From a virus, in the IMG/VR virus record IMGVR_UViG_3300032242_001844: a stretch of DNA of 64,000 nucleotides; one strand, 5' to 3'. Under the pieces are notes generated by a model. It had not been told where the DNA came from. It saw nothing but the letters and a program-made list of their open reading frames with translations, and ran no database searches. Shown here piece by piece: positions 19,701 to 30,200 of the stretch; within the stretch, counting starts at the first letter, position 1, and every line of letters starts with the position of its first letter. The position numbers were made by a program, and so were the translations under genes.

Positions 19701-20333
19701 ATGGTATTTACCAGCACTAATCCGCCAATCGGATATTATGTATATGCTTATATAAGAGCAAGTGACTTAACACCTTATTATATTGGTAAGGGAACAGGAA
19801 AAAGAGTTTATGCTAGACATAATGGCATATCTGTTCCAAAAGATCAGTCTAAAATTATTATACTTGAACACAATTTAACTGAAATAGGTGCATTAGCAAT
19901 AGAACGCCGCTTAATTCGTTGGTACGGTAGAAAAGATATTGAAACTGGTATATTATTAAATAAAACTGATGGCGGAGAAGGCGCAAGCGGTGGAAAGTTT
20001 AATGTAGGAAGAAAACATTCAGCAGAAACAAAAGCAAAGATTAGTGCGGCACATAAAGGAAAACTATCGTGGCACAAAGATAGAAAAAAATCACAAGAGT
20101 TTTGTGAAAAATTAAAAAAAGCAAATATTGGTAAGAAACATTCACCTGAAACATTAGAAAAGTTATCTGCTGCAAAACAAGGTGAAAAACACAATATGTA
20201 TGGTACTAAACAATCTGCTGAAACAATTGCAAAAAAAGTAACGACTAGAAAACAAAACGCAAAACCTTTATCAGATGAATCAAGAGCAAGAATATCTGCG
20301 GCACAAAAAGCACGATTTAATAAAAACTTTTAG
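19701..20333 (+). mobile_element. Free-standing GIY-YIG homing endonuclease with NUMOD3 repeats
   Basis: YYVYAY...PYYIGKG; repeated [24 protein letters not shown]; start reassigned to 19701. Confidence 0.9.
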
Positions 20334-20366
20334 AAAGCAATAAATACTTAATAAAAGGCATAGCCG

Positions 20367-20930
20367 ATGAAACAATTTAAAACCTACCTCGCTGAAAGCG
20401 AAAAGAAATATGGATTTCGGGCAAAGATTGCTGTAGAAATCAGTAAAGAACAGATGGAAAGTCTGCAGACTTCCTTGTCTCGGTGGAATCTAGAAGCAAT
20501 CAGTGAACCAAAGCGTTTGCCTATTGCAGAGGATCATACTGGATTTGCGCATCTTAAGAGCGTCCCTATCTATATTGTAGATATGGTTGTTACATATCCT
20601 TGTACGCCACAAGAAATGCAAGCAGCAATTCATGAAGCAACTGAGATTCCAATGAGTCATATCATGGTTCTTACTCCTCAACAAGAAGTCCTTGCTTCAC
20701 CAATCGTACCAGAAAGCGATGAGCCTATTCTTACTAGTGAATATCCAACACAGAAGGCACCACAATTACTTGCTGACTTAGCAAATGCATTAAAGATTAA
20801 ATCAATTGATTATCCTTATGCAGTAAAACCAACCGTGGGGCAGACTACAAATGATATTCCACAGTACAATACAAGTCCAGTTGGCACAAATAAAAACAAA
20901 CTACCAGACCGTGGAAGAACGGGGAGATAA
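20367..20930 (+). CDS. Putative head/core protein
   Basis: MKQFKTYLAES N-terminus resembles T4 internal-protein tags; late promoter. Confidence 0.65.
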   Translation: MKQFKTYLAESEKKYGFRAKIAVEISKEQMESLQTSLSRWNLEAISEPKRLPIAEDHTGFAHLKSVPIYIVDMVVTYPCTPQEMQAAIHEATEIPMSHIMVLTPQQEVLASPIVPESDEPILTSEYPTQKAPQLLADLANALKIKSIDYPYAVKPTVGQTTNDIPQYNTSPVGTNKNKLPDRGRTGR

Positions 20931-20935
20931 TTAAG

Positions 20936-21508
20936 ATGCAGATGATTGATGTATTAACAAAATTAAGAGAGATTCAAGATCGCAGCCCTGAAGATGCTGG
21001 TCGTGCAATTGATAACCTAACTAAGCTAAACCCATCTCCCGTTTCTGAAGCGGTAAATGTCAGCATGACTGGCGACGATGCGGTTCTTGCACAGATTATT
21101 AAGCTTGCTGGTATTATTGGTGCACAGACAGATATCAATATGGCAGGTGGACCAGAGGACATTCCTCATGACCATGCAATGGTTCCAAGTTCTCCTTCTA
21201 TGGGTTTACCAAGTGTTGGTGCTAACTTACCAAGCATTGATGGTGGTCCAGAAATGGATGTTGATATGAGCATGGATAGTGAGATTCCTCGTGGTCTAAA
21301 CAGTAGTCCAGCAGATATGTCAATGGGTGGTCCAAAAGCAGCAATTGAAGATGATGCAAATCGCCCATATACAAATAGTCCAAGTGAATATACTAAAGGA
21401 TTGAAAGCAGCAATTCCAGCAGGAAATGATTTAGCAAAAACTAAAGGAACTTATCCAAAGATTGCTGGTGGCGATAATCCTACTCATGTAGCAGTAAGTT
21501 TTGATTAA
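20936..21508 (+). CDS. Low-complexity putative prohead core protein
   Basis: IIKLAGI motif; Pro/Met/Asp-rich. Confidence 0.65.
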   Translation: MQMIDVLTKLREIQDRSPEDAGRAIDNLTKLNPSPVSEAVNVSMTGDDAVLAQIIKLAGIIGAQTDINMAGGPEDIPHDHAMVPSSPSMGLPSVGANLPSIDGGPEMDVDMSMDSEIPRGLNSSPADMSMGGPKAAIEDDANRPYTNSPSEYTKGLKAAIPAGNDLAKTKGTYPKIAGGDNPTHVAVSFD

Positions 21509-21517
21509 GGATTGACA

Positions 21518-22114
21518 ATGCGTTTCATAGATTATGTAAATCAAGTAGATAGAGCCATGAAAGCACCAGTCACTGGTGATGTCGTAAACATTGAAATCGA
21601 CAGTGTTACAAGTGTTTTGGCAACAGTAGTTGAACATAGTGATAAGCATATAACAATTTCATTGGACAATCCTGCATGGAATCTATTAGATTGCAACAAA
21701 TTACTCAGTGAAGGTGTTCGTCAACAGATGGCTGAGTTTGTCCTTACATTTGAAAAAAACGGACAAAAAATTAATAAAAGATTTATGCATCAGCCACCAA
21801 TGGAAGCTGCTGGAATTACACAAGACTTTGTTCGTAATATTGCAAAGAGTAACAAAATTCACGAAACAATGAAAGAACAAGGTTATAAATTGCGTCATGC
21901 AGTTGCTAGTTTAGTTGAGACAGACCAACTTCCAGAAAGCGATGTGTCGGTAATTGCTCGTAACCCAAGTGCTACTGAAGCACGAGTTACTTTTGAATGT
22001 GTATTTGAAAAAACTGACGCAAATCGTAATAGAATGTTCTTAGAAACAGTAGATTGCAGCACCAAGACCGATACTGCACAATACTGGAGTCTCCCTGTAA
22101 AAACAAGAGGCTAA
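21518..22114 (+). CDS. Hypothetical late protein
   Basis: AAGGA RBS; MRFIDYV N-terminus. Confidence 0.7.
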   Translation: MRFIDYVNQVDRAMKAPVTGDVVNIEIDSVTSVLATVVEHSDKHITISLDNPAWNLLDCNKLLSEGVRQQMAEFVLTFEKNGQKINKRFMHQPPMEAAGITQDFVRNIAKSNKIHETMKEQGYKLRHAVASLVETDQLPESDVSVIARNPSATEARVTFECVFEKTDANRNRMFLETVDCSTKTDTAQYWSLPVKTRG

Positions 22115-22118
22115 GCAC

Positions 22119-22475
22119 ATGCGAGCCAGCGAGTTTATAAGTGAAGCAAAAAAATCAAAAGCACATCCAGATCATGTATCCACTATGCCAAGAAGTATGG
22201 TGTATCCTGATATGGACCCAGGCTATGACTATTATCGCTTTATGAATATCGTTGCCGCTCATCCGCATCACACTGCTTCACACGATCACCACCATTTTAG
22301 AGACCATCCGTTTGCAAGTGCGTATACTGACCAAGAAGTAGATATGCTGAATAACAGCATTAAAGGTCTTGGTCACAAAGTAAAATGGCTCACTAAAACA
22401 AAAGGAACAGAACCGCAATCTACAAACAAAGCAAGTCCCGTTCCACATAATAGCGGTGCAAGGAAGAAAAAATGA
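22119..22475 (+). CDS. Paralog family member 1 (MRASEF...YRF...SPV), His-rich
   Basis: Aligns by eye with 22472..22849 and 24109..24507. Confidence 0.75.
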   Translation: MRASEFISEAKKSKAHPDHVSTMPRSMVYPDMDPGYDYYRFMNIVAAHPHHTASHDHHHFRDHPFASAYTDQEVDMLNNSIKGLGHKVKWLTKTKGTEPQSTNKASPVPHNSGARKKK

Positions 22476-22849
22476 GAGCCAGTGAGTTTGTAAACGAAGC
22501 AGCAGATTATGCGGGAAGCAAGGGAATGTCACAACAGGCTCTTACAACTATTCCTAATGCGCATGTATATCCTGAATTAGATAATAGTAGCGGCTATATG
22601 GCTTATCGTTTTGGTGTTGCATTGGCTGGCATGCCAGATAAAAAAATGAATAAGGCAAGTCCCACTGGTCTTAAAATGGTAACTATTAGTTATACTCCAG
22701 CAGAAGAAGAAATTCTCAATGCTACTGCAGCATATTTTGGAACACCAAAATTGCAGCTAACTCCAGAAGAAAGCAGTGAACCTGATTATGTAAATCCAAA
22801 AAGTCCAGTTCCTCAAAATAGTGGTAAAGCAATAAAAAGAAATGGATAA
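22472..22849 (+). CDS. Paralog family member 2
   Basis: MRASEFVNE, YMAYRFG, YTPAE, NPKSPVP. Confidence 0.75.
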   Translation: MRASEFVNEAADYAGSKGMSQQALTTIPNAHVYPELDNSSGYMAYRFGVALAGMPDKKMNKASPTGLKMVTISYTPAEEEILNATAAYFGTPKLQLTPEESSEPDYVNPKSPVPQNSGKAIKRNG

Positions 22850-23039
22850 CTTAGAACAGATTAAACTTCTTGCTGGCGTTACTAAGCATAAGTTCAATGA
22901 GAACGAAGGCAGCAATATTAGTTTAACTGGTATGGAAAAGCGTAAGCTAGAAAAAGAACATAATATCCAACCTGGCACACCAGAGTGGTTTCAACTATGG
23001 TTTAGCCGTCCTTATTTGACGGGCGAAAAACCAGTTTGA
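22842..23039 (+). CDS. Small conserved phage protein
   Basis: IKLLAGV; NIQPGTPEWFQLWFSRP. Confidence 0.7.
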   Translation: MDNLEQIKLLAGVTKHKFNENEGSNISLTGMEKRKLEKEHNIQPGTPEWFQLWFSRPYLTGEKPV

Positions 23040-24100
23040 CGACTCTTTATCGCGGCGATCAAATAATAAGATTATTTACAGACGATATAGATATGGCGCA
23101 TCGTTATGTTCCAGAAGAATACGAATTTATACCATATTGGGAAAAACCATATTATTCTAATCATTTTAAAGTTGGGATTATTGGCGGTGATAAATTAAGA
23201 AATCCACGAGAAGAAGCGCAGAGACTTATTGATTTAAAGAGGTACTTTGATATTATGTTCATAGAAACCTTTGAAGTACACAGTTACCATGAAAGGTTAT
23301 TCAAAATAATATGTGATGTCCCAAACATATATTATATGATGCCAGGAAAAACAAATTATAATATGGAATCTCGTTCTATTAATAATAATTGGTTTATTTC
23401 TACGGTTACAAAAATTTATAAACAATTGCCATTTAAATTAGATGAATTAACTCCATATATAGAAAAACCTTATTATTTTGATGCACTTCTTGGAATTCAG
23501 AAACATCATAGGAATTTTGTTTACAATAATATAATGAGTTATAATAAAAAAAATAAATTTATAGTATCATACCGTAGTGAAGTAGGCAGTAGTTCTTGGT
23601 TAGATGATAACGACCCTAATATTGATTATTGTGGAGATAATTTTGTCGTTTCTAAGGATAGTGGATTATATTCAAAATATTACGGCATAGATGTGTGGGC
23701 CTCACAAATTATACCAATAACTGTATTCAACAATTCTGCGTATTCAATCATAGCTGAAACAAATTATTTTAACAATTTCAATTTTATAACTGAAAAAACT
23801 GCTAAACCTTTATTGGCAAAAAGATTATTTGTTGTTATTGCTGGACAATATTTTCTTAGAACATTAAAAGAATTTGGGTTTAAAACTTTTGATGGAATTA
23901 TAGATGAAAGTTATGATTTAGAACCAACGAAAGGAAAAAGATGGCAAATGGCTTGGGATCAAATAGATTGGTTATGTGAGCAAAATCAATTAGAGATATA
24001 TGATAAAATAAAAGATATTACAGAACATAATTTTAACATAATGATGAGCACTAACTTTGAATCAAAAGTATTTGAAGAAATGTTAAAACTTATTTCATAA
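23036..24100 (+). CDS. Glycosyltransferase-like hypothetical protein
   Basis: SIIAET, FITEKTAKPL, GFKTFDGIIDESYD; AT-rich. Confidence 0.55.
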   Translation: MTTLYRGDQIIRLFTDDIDMAHRYVPEEYEFIPYWEKPYYSNHFKVGIIGGDKLRNPREEAQRLIDLKRYFDIMFIETFEVHSYHERLFKIICDVPNIYYMMPGKTNYNMESRSINNNWFISTVTKIYKQLPFKLDELTPYIEKPYYFDALLGIQKHHRNFVYNNIMSYNKKNKFIVSYRSEVGSSSWLDDNDPNIDYCGDNFVVSKDSGLYSKYYGIDVWASQIIPITVFNNSAYSIIAETNYFNNFNFITEKTAKPLLAKRLFVVIAGQYFLRTLKEFGFKTFDGIIDESYDLEPTKGKRWQMAWDQIDWLCEQNQLEIYDKIKDITEHNFNIMMSTNFESKVFEEMLKLIS

Positions 24101-24108
24101 ATAATAGC

Positions 24109-24507
24109 ATGAGAGCATCTGAATTTATTTCCGAACAAACAGAATTATATGACAGAGAGTATGCGGCAGACCATAAACATTGGGAGCCGCGAGAAATTCC
24201 TGGTGCATATACTATCCCTGATGCTAGCGAAAATTTCTATAAGATGTACCGTTATGGTATTCTAATGGCTCGCTCTCCTGAACCACAACCAGATGCATAT
24301 GATGACCAAACTGAGATGGGCGATAAACTAATTATTGTGCCATACGATCAAGAATCTGGTAATGCAATTATTGCTGGCGCAAGTGCAGCAAGCGGACACG
24401 CAGCAGTAAAATCACACAGTTATACTAATAAAGCCGAAGGTAAATTTGTAAATCCTGTTAGTCCAGTTGCTAAGTTTGTACCGACCAAGCGACCTTCGCA
24501 ATCTTAA
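24109..24507 (+). CDS. Paralog family member 3
   Basis: MRASEFISE, YKMYRYG, VNPVSPV; TAAATA 5 nt before ATG. Confidence 0.75.
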   Translation: MRASEFISEQTELYDREYAADHKHWEPREIPGAYTIPDASENFYKMYRYGILMARSPEPQPDAYDDQTEMGDKLIIVPYDQESGNAIIAGASAASGHAAVKSHSYTNKAEGKFVNPVSPVAKFVPTKRPSQS

Positions 24508-25013
24508 CCAACATAATCTAACCAACTCTTATGCTTAATGTTATAATCAAACTGTTTGCGACGAGCAGTTAGTGTCCAGTAATCTGGTCTAAATGGTTCA
24601 CGAATTGGCTTAATTAACTTATTGCCTTTGTTGTGATTGCACTTCTTACATGATGTAGCACAGTTTTCCCAATTAGTTTTGCCACCTTTACTCAATGGAA
24701 TAACATGGTCAATATTGAGATCGTGTGGTTCAAATGTTTCAGCACAGTACTGACACTGAAACAAATCACGAATATACAGATTTTGGCGACTAAAACGAAT
24801 ACCCTTGCTAAAACTATGATAATCTTTGGTTATAGCAAGCGCAGGTACAAACATAGTCACAGAAGGACTATGAATTTCCCAATCATCGTAGTATTCAAGA
24901 ATCTTAATACGATCCATGAAATGTAGTTTAACGCTTTGCTGCCATGGGATTACGCTCAGCGGAAGCCATGAAAGTGGTTGATAGTTAGCGTTTAGAATCA
25001 GTGTGTCTGACAT
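24504..25013 (-). CDS. HNH endonuclease
   Basis: LILNANYQPL, RDLFQCQYC, IDHVIP..GG..WENC..SC..CN..KG. Confidence 0.9.
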   Translation of the reverse strand: MSDTLILNANYQPLSWLPLSVIPWQQSVKLHFMDRIKILEYYDDWEIHSPSVTMFVPALAITKDYHSFSKGIRFSRQNLYIRDLFQCQYCAETFEPHDLNIDHVIPLSKGGKTNWENCATSCKKCNHNKGNKLIKPIREPFRPDYWTLTARRKQFDYNIKHKSWLDYVG

Positions 25014-25085
25014 ATAACTTATTTACTTCTGGTTTATGACAATTTAATAATACTACACATACAAATTATGTCAATAAGTATTTCA

Positions 25086-25658
25086 ATGAAAATTCTAATC
25101 ATTGGTGATAGCTTTGCTGCAGATTGGACTGTCAAATATCCCGACTTACAAGGCTGGCCAAATTTGTTATCTAAAAAATATGATGTAACGAATCTAGCAC
25201 AAGCTGGAGTAAGTGAATATAAGATATACAAACAGCTATGCAGTGTGAATGTAATAGATTATGATTTGGCAATAGTAGCGCATACTAGTCCATATCGGCT
25301 AGTTACTAGAAAACATCCTATACATAACGATGATATTTTGCATGGTAACTGCGATTTAATTTATAGCGATATTGAACATCATAATTTAAAGTTAAAAAAT
25401 AAATCAAATTTATCGCTTCAAACTGCTTATTGGTTTTTTGCATATCACTATGATGAAGAATATCAAGAAACTACATATAAGCTATTTCGTGAAAAAATAG
25501 AATATCTTTTAACAATACCAATTATTACTATTACTGATTTTGATGACTGGAGCGATATAATTGACCGCTATCGCGGGAAATGCAACCATTTATCAGATGC
25601 AGGAAATAATATAATATATGAAAGAATAGTAAGTAAGATAGGAAAACTGGGAATATAA
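25086..25658 (+). CDS. SGNH/GDSL-like hydrolase or acyltransferase
   Basis: IIGDSF, NLAQAGVS, C-terminal NHLS..GN. Confidence 0.65.
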   Translation: MKILIIGDSFAADWTVKYPDLQGWPNLLSKKYDVTNLAQAGVSEYKIYKQLCSVNVIDYDLAIVAHTSPYRLVTRKHPIHNDDILHGNCDLIYSDIEHHNLKLKNKSNLSLQTAYWFFAYHYDEEYQETTYKLFREKIEYLLTIPIITITDFDDWSDIIDRYRGKCNHLSDAGNNIIYERIVSKIGKLGI

Positions 25659-27224
25659 ATGGCAAAGCCAATAGAAAATAATCTTATACGCAAGCCGCAT
25701 ATAAGAATGCAAATTACGCAGCAAGAATTAATAGAATTTAGTTTATGCGCAGACCCTGACACGGGACCAGAATATTTTATTAAGAATTTCTTTTACATTC
25801 AGCATCCTACCCGTGGAAGATTAAAACTTAATCCATTTGATTATCAAGAAGAACTACTAAAAAACTATCACGAAAACCGATTTAGTATCAACATGTTAGG
25901 TCGCCAAATGGGTAAATCCACACTAGCGGCGGGTTATCTGTTATGGTACGCTATGTTTGTTCCTGATAGTACTATTCTTGTGGCAAGCAACAAATATACT
26001 GGCGCACAAGATATTATGCAGCGTATCAGATTTGCTTATGAAAATTGCCCAGACCATATTCGTGCTGGAGTAGTTGACTATAATAAGGGTTCGCTTGGAT
26101 TTGATAATGGTTCACGCATAGTAAGTGCAACAACAACAGAAACTACAGGTCGTGGTATGAGTATTTCACTACTATACTGTGACGAGTTAGCATTTGTTCG
26201 TCCTACTATTGCAAAAGAATTCTGGACATCTATTAGTCCTACTCTATCAACTGGTGGTAAAGCAATCATCACTTCTACACCAAATAGTGATGAAGACCAA
26301 TTTGCTGAGATTTGGAAAGAAGCAAATAAACGATTTGATTCATTTGGCAATGAAACAAAGCTTGGACGCAATGGATTTAGTGCTTTCTTAGCAACATGGG
26401 ACCGTCATCCAGAGCGTGATCGTGATTGGGCAGACCGTGAAACATCTAGTGTTGGCGTAGATAGATTTCGCCGTGAACATAATTGTGAGTTTGTTATCTA
26501 TGATGAAACTCTTATTGCGCCAGGCATACTGGTAGACCTAAGTGGTATAGACCCAATCGAAAAACAAGGACAAGTTCGTTGGTATGAAAAACCAAAGCGC
26601 GATCATGTGTATATTATATCACTTGATCCAAGTCTTGGTACAGGTGGAGACCCTGCTGCTATTCAGGTATTTGATGCTACCACAATGGAACAAGTTGCAG
26701 AATGGCAGCATAATCTTACTATCATACAAAAACAAGTGCTTATCATGGCAGAAATATGCAAATATATAAGAGATACTACAAATGACTCTGGTAATATCTA
26801 TTATAGCATAGAAAATAATACTATTGGCGAAGCTGCACTCAACGCAGTAGCAGACATAGGTGAAGAAAATATACCAGGAAGCTTTCTAACAGAACCTTCT
26901 GGTGCTAGCAGTGGTCGTAGATATCGTAAAGGATTTAACACCACGCCAAAGAGTAAAATTGCTGCTTGTAGTAAATTTAAACTTTGGTTAGAAACAGGAA
27001 AACTTAAACTTCGTAGCAAAAGTTTAATAAGTGAATTGAAAACATATGTAGCACATGGTGTTAGCTATCAAGCTAAAGTTGGAGAAACTGACGATTTGGT
27101 TTCTGCTACCTTATTGGCAATAAGAATGATACTGCATCTTCGTGTGTACGACTCTAGAATAAGCAGCGGATTGGCAATGGATGCAGCAGACATCATTCCT
27201 CCAATGCCATTTGTAATGCTATAA
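25659..27224 (+). CDS. gp17: Terminase large subunit
   Basis: GRQMGKS Walker A, LLYCDE Walker B, ITSTPN, SLDPS, TDDLV. Confidence 0.95.
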   Translation: MAKPIENNLIRKPHIRMQITQQELIEFSLCADPDTGPEYFIKNFFYIQHPTRGRLKLNPFDYQEELLKNYHENRFSINMLGRQMGKSTLAAGYLLWYAMFVPDSTILVASNKYTGAQDIMQRIRFAYENCPDHIRAGVVDYNKGSLGFDNGSRIVSATTTETTGRGMSISLLYCDELAFVRPTIAKEFWTSISPTLSTGGKAIITSTPNSDEDQFAEIWKEANKRFDSFGNETKLGRNGFSAFLATWDRHPERDRDWADRETSSVGVDRFRREHNCEFVIYDETLIAPGILVDLSGIDPIEKQGQVRWYEKPKRDHVYIISLDPSLGTGGDPAAIQVFDATTMEQVAEWQHNLTIIQKQVLIMAEICKYIRDTTNDSGNIYYSIENNTIGEAALNAVADIGEENIPGSFLTEPSGASSGRRYRKGFNTTPKSKIAACSKFKLWLETGKLKLRSKSLISELKTYVAHGVSYQAKVGETDDLVSATLLAIRMILHLRVYDSRISSGLAMDAADIIPPMPFVML

Positions 27225-27240
27225 TTGGATAAATAATTTC

Positions 27241-30200
27241 ATGAGCAATATAGATCAAGCCGCAGAAGACCTTTTCTTTAAATTAAGAAATCGTTTTCCT
27301 AAGATTAATATGGGTAATGATTCTGGGTCAGACACAGTTGATCCAGAAAAAGCTCGTTTTTTTAATTTTGAATATGTCGATAAAGAAAGTCAACGCCCTT
27401 ATGGTAGAATTACTTGCAGTCTAATTGATGGTAGCAGTCTTAAAGTGTTTTTTGATACTGCTATTACAGATAGAATGATACCCGCAGATAAGAATTATTG
27501 GTATAGATTTCTTAGAGAATTACGCCGCATGGCAAAAAGCCATATGCTTAATTTTGATGTACGAGATATTACAAAAGATACTCTTAGCAGACAAGATTTA
27601 CAATACATGACAAAACTTAACCCAGAGAAGAAAAAAATGAAAGAATCATTAGAAGAAAGCCGTGTATTATGGCAGCGCCGTGGAAAATTCAGTGAAGGAA
27701 CACTTAACAATGTTCGTATTAATGTTGTCCACAATGAAAAGATGTTGGAAAATACCAATAACCGTTTGCTTAAGGTAGATAGAATTTATCTAGTAAATGA
27801 AAATGGTGAAAAGTTCCTCCTTCCATTTAAGAGCGTTGGTGGTGCTAAGGCAATGGCAAACCATGTATCTCGTGGCGGCAATCCATACGATCCACAAGGA
27901 CAAATTATTTCTCGTGCGGTTAGTGAAATGAAGAACCTAAGCCGTTTCACTAGTGTTACTCGTACTCGTACATTTGAAGCAGCAGAAGCAACAGCAGTTA
28001 TTACTGCTGCGCAACAAATGAAAGAAAGTATTAAACGCCATTTAAGTCGCTTGACCAATAACAGTCGTTCTTTCAGCGAAAGTTTAGAAGCACTCAGTGA
28101 TCTTATTAGTGAAAACACAGAAGATTTAAGTGAAGTTAAGGGCTGGTTTACACAACAAACATATAATGAAAACCTAGACAATTATCTAGCAAGTGCTGCT
28201 GGTGCATATCGCAAATTAAAAGAAAATGCAACTATTGATGAAGCCGCTGGTGCCGTTGAAAAGAAAATTATGGACCCTAACTTTAAGTTAGTTCTTAAGA
28301 AAGATGAGGGTCTTGATAAGCTAATGAGCAGCCGCAAGTATACCGATACTACTGCGCTATTGACTACTATTCTAGGTGATATTGCAAATCGTCTTATTAC
28401 AAAAGATGGCGACGATGTTGCTAATTTTGCTGCACTAATGGGCGATCTTATTAGCAGTGAAGGCGAAGCATTTGGTCAAAAGCGTGAACCAGAATACATT
28501 AAAGACAAAAAACTTTCTATTGTACTCGCTCAAAAATATATGAAAGATTTAAACGCAATTCGTGATAACCCTGAATATGAAGCAGAAGTTCGCCAAGACC
28601 CAACTTCTCGCAAGACTATGAAAGGTCCAGTGAGTGATGAAGGCGATGATTTTGAAGAAAGCATTATGCGCATTGGCGAAGAAAATCATGGTGCAAGCGT
28701 AGAAGATATCACTGATGCTATTAGTCATCGTTTAATGCGCAGCGGTGCTGCAAATAAACTACTTAGTTCACATGGTCTTGATGCTGTTATTGATGCTATT
28801 AGTAATATTGCGCAGCAACATGCTGGTGCACCTGAACTTGGTAGCAGTGATATTAGTATTATGGTTAATCAAGTTATGCAAGACCTTGGTGTAAAAGAAG
28901 GCACAGTTAAAGAAAGTGGACTTCAATACTATACTGGTAAAAAGAAATACGGCAAAGATGGTATGGAAGCACTTGCAAAAGCAGGTCGTGAAGGCGCTAG
29001 TCAAGAACAACTTGGCAAGATTAAAGACAAATATATGAAGAAAGAAGATGCTGTCAGTGAAGGTCCAATGAGTGCTGAGCCAGATTATGAAGTTACTGTA
29101 AATGGCAAGCCAGTTGATATTCATTCACTAGAAGTTGAAAATCCATACCCAGAAGATTACCCAGATTTTAGTGATGCTTATTTTAGTGCTGGGCAATTTA
29201 CAGATGGTACTCCAATGAGCGATCAAGAACTTGAGCAATTGGGTAGTGAAAATGGTGACTTGCTTCATACAGCAGCGCATGATAATTTTAATGGTATGTA
29301 TGACGAAGGCATTGAAGAAGGAATTGGCAAGGCTGCATGGGAACTAGGCAAAGGCGCAGTAAAAGTTCCAGCAAAAGCAATTGGTAGACTTGCTGGTGGC
29401 GTAGGCACTGGTATCGCAAATGCCGCTGGTAAAGTAGTAACGGGTGCTCTTAAAGGCGCTGGTGATATTGCCAAAGGTACAGCTAAAGGAGCGTTCGCTG
29501 CATTAAAAGGCGCAGGTAAAGATATAGCTGCCACTGCTAAAAATGTAAAACAAGCTTACAAAGAAGATGAACTAAGCGAAGAGCCAAATGAAGGCAACGA
29601 GTTCAGTGGCAATCTTGCAAAGGCAAAAGCTGCTGGTAAGAAAGAATTTGAAGTAGATGGCAAAACTTACCCAGTTAAAGAAGAAGAAAAAGAAAAAACA
29701 AAGGAAACCCCAATGAAAAAAGATATTGAAGAAATGAGAAAGTTGGCAGGTTTGCCTTTGATGGAAAACTACATCTATGCTCAAGAAGAAGAAAGTGAAG
29801 AACACGAAGCTGGTGAAAGCCATGATGAAGAACATGCAGAGCACAAAGGCAATGCACCTAGTAGTGATGATAAGGCAGAATATGATCAAGAAGGTCGTAT
29901 GGCAAAGAGCGACTTGAAAACTGCAAAAGATGCCGCTGATGAACTTCGTTCAATCCTAGATGATGATGAAAACTTACCAGAATGGGTACAGGCTAAGATT
30001 ACAAAGGCTGTTGATTATCTAGACACTGCTCGTGATTATATGAAAGACAACGATGTAGAATATACTGCTGAAGCAGCAGCCAAAAAGAAGCCAGATGCAG
30101 ATGGTGATGGCGTTCCAGATTGGGCAGATAAGAAGCCAGGCAAAGATGACAATGCTGACAAGGACGATGATGACAAGTCAGAAAAGAAAGGCATGAGTGC

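Noticed and set aside
19701-25013. Endonucleases as intron- or intein-encoded
   Set aside because: Flanking genes and terminase look complete; no split gene or intron core recognised
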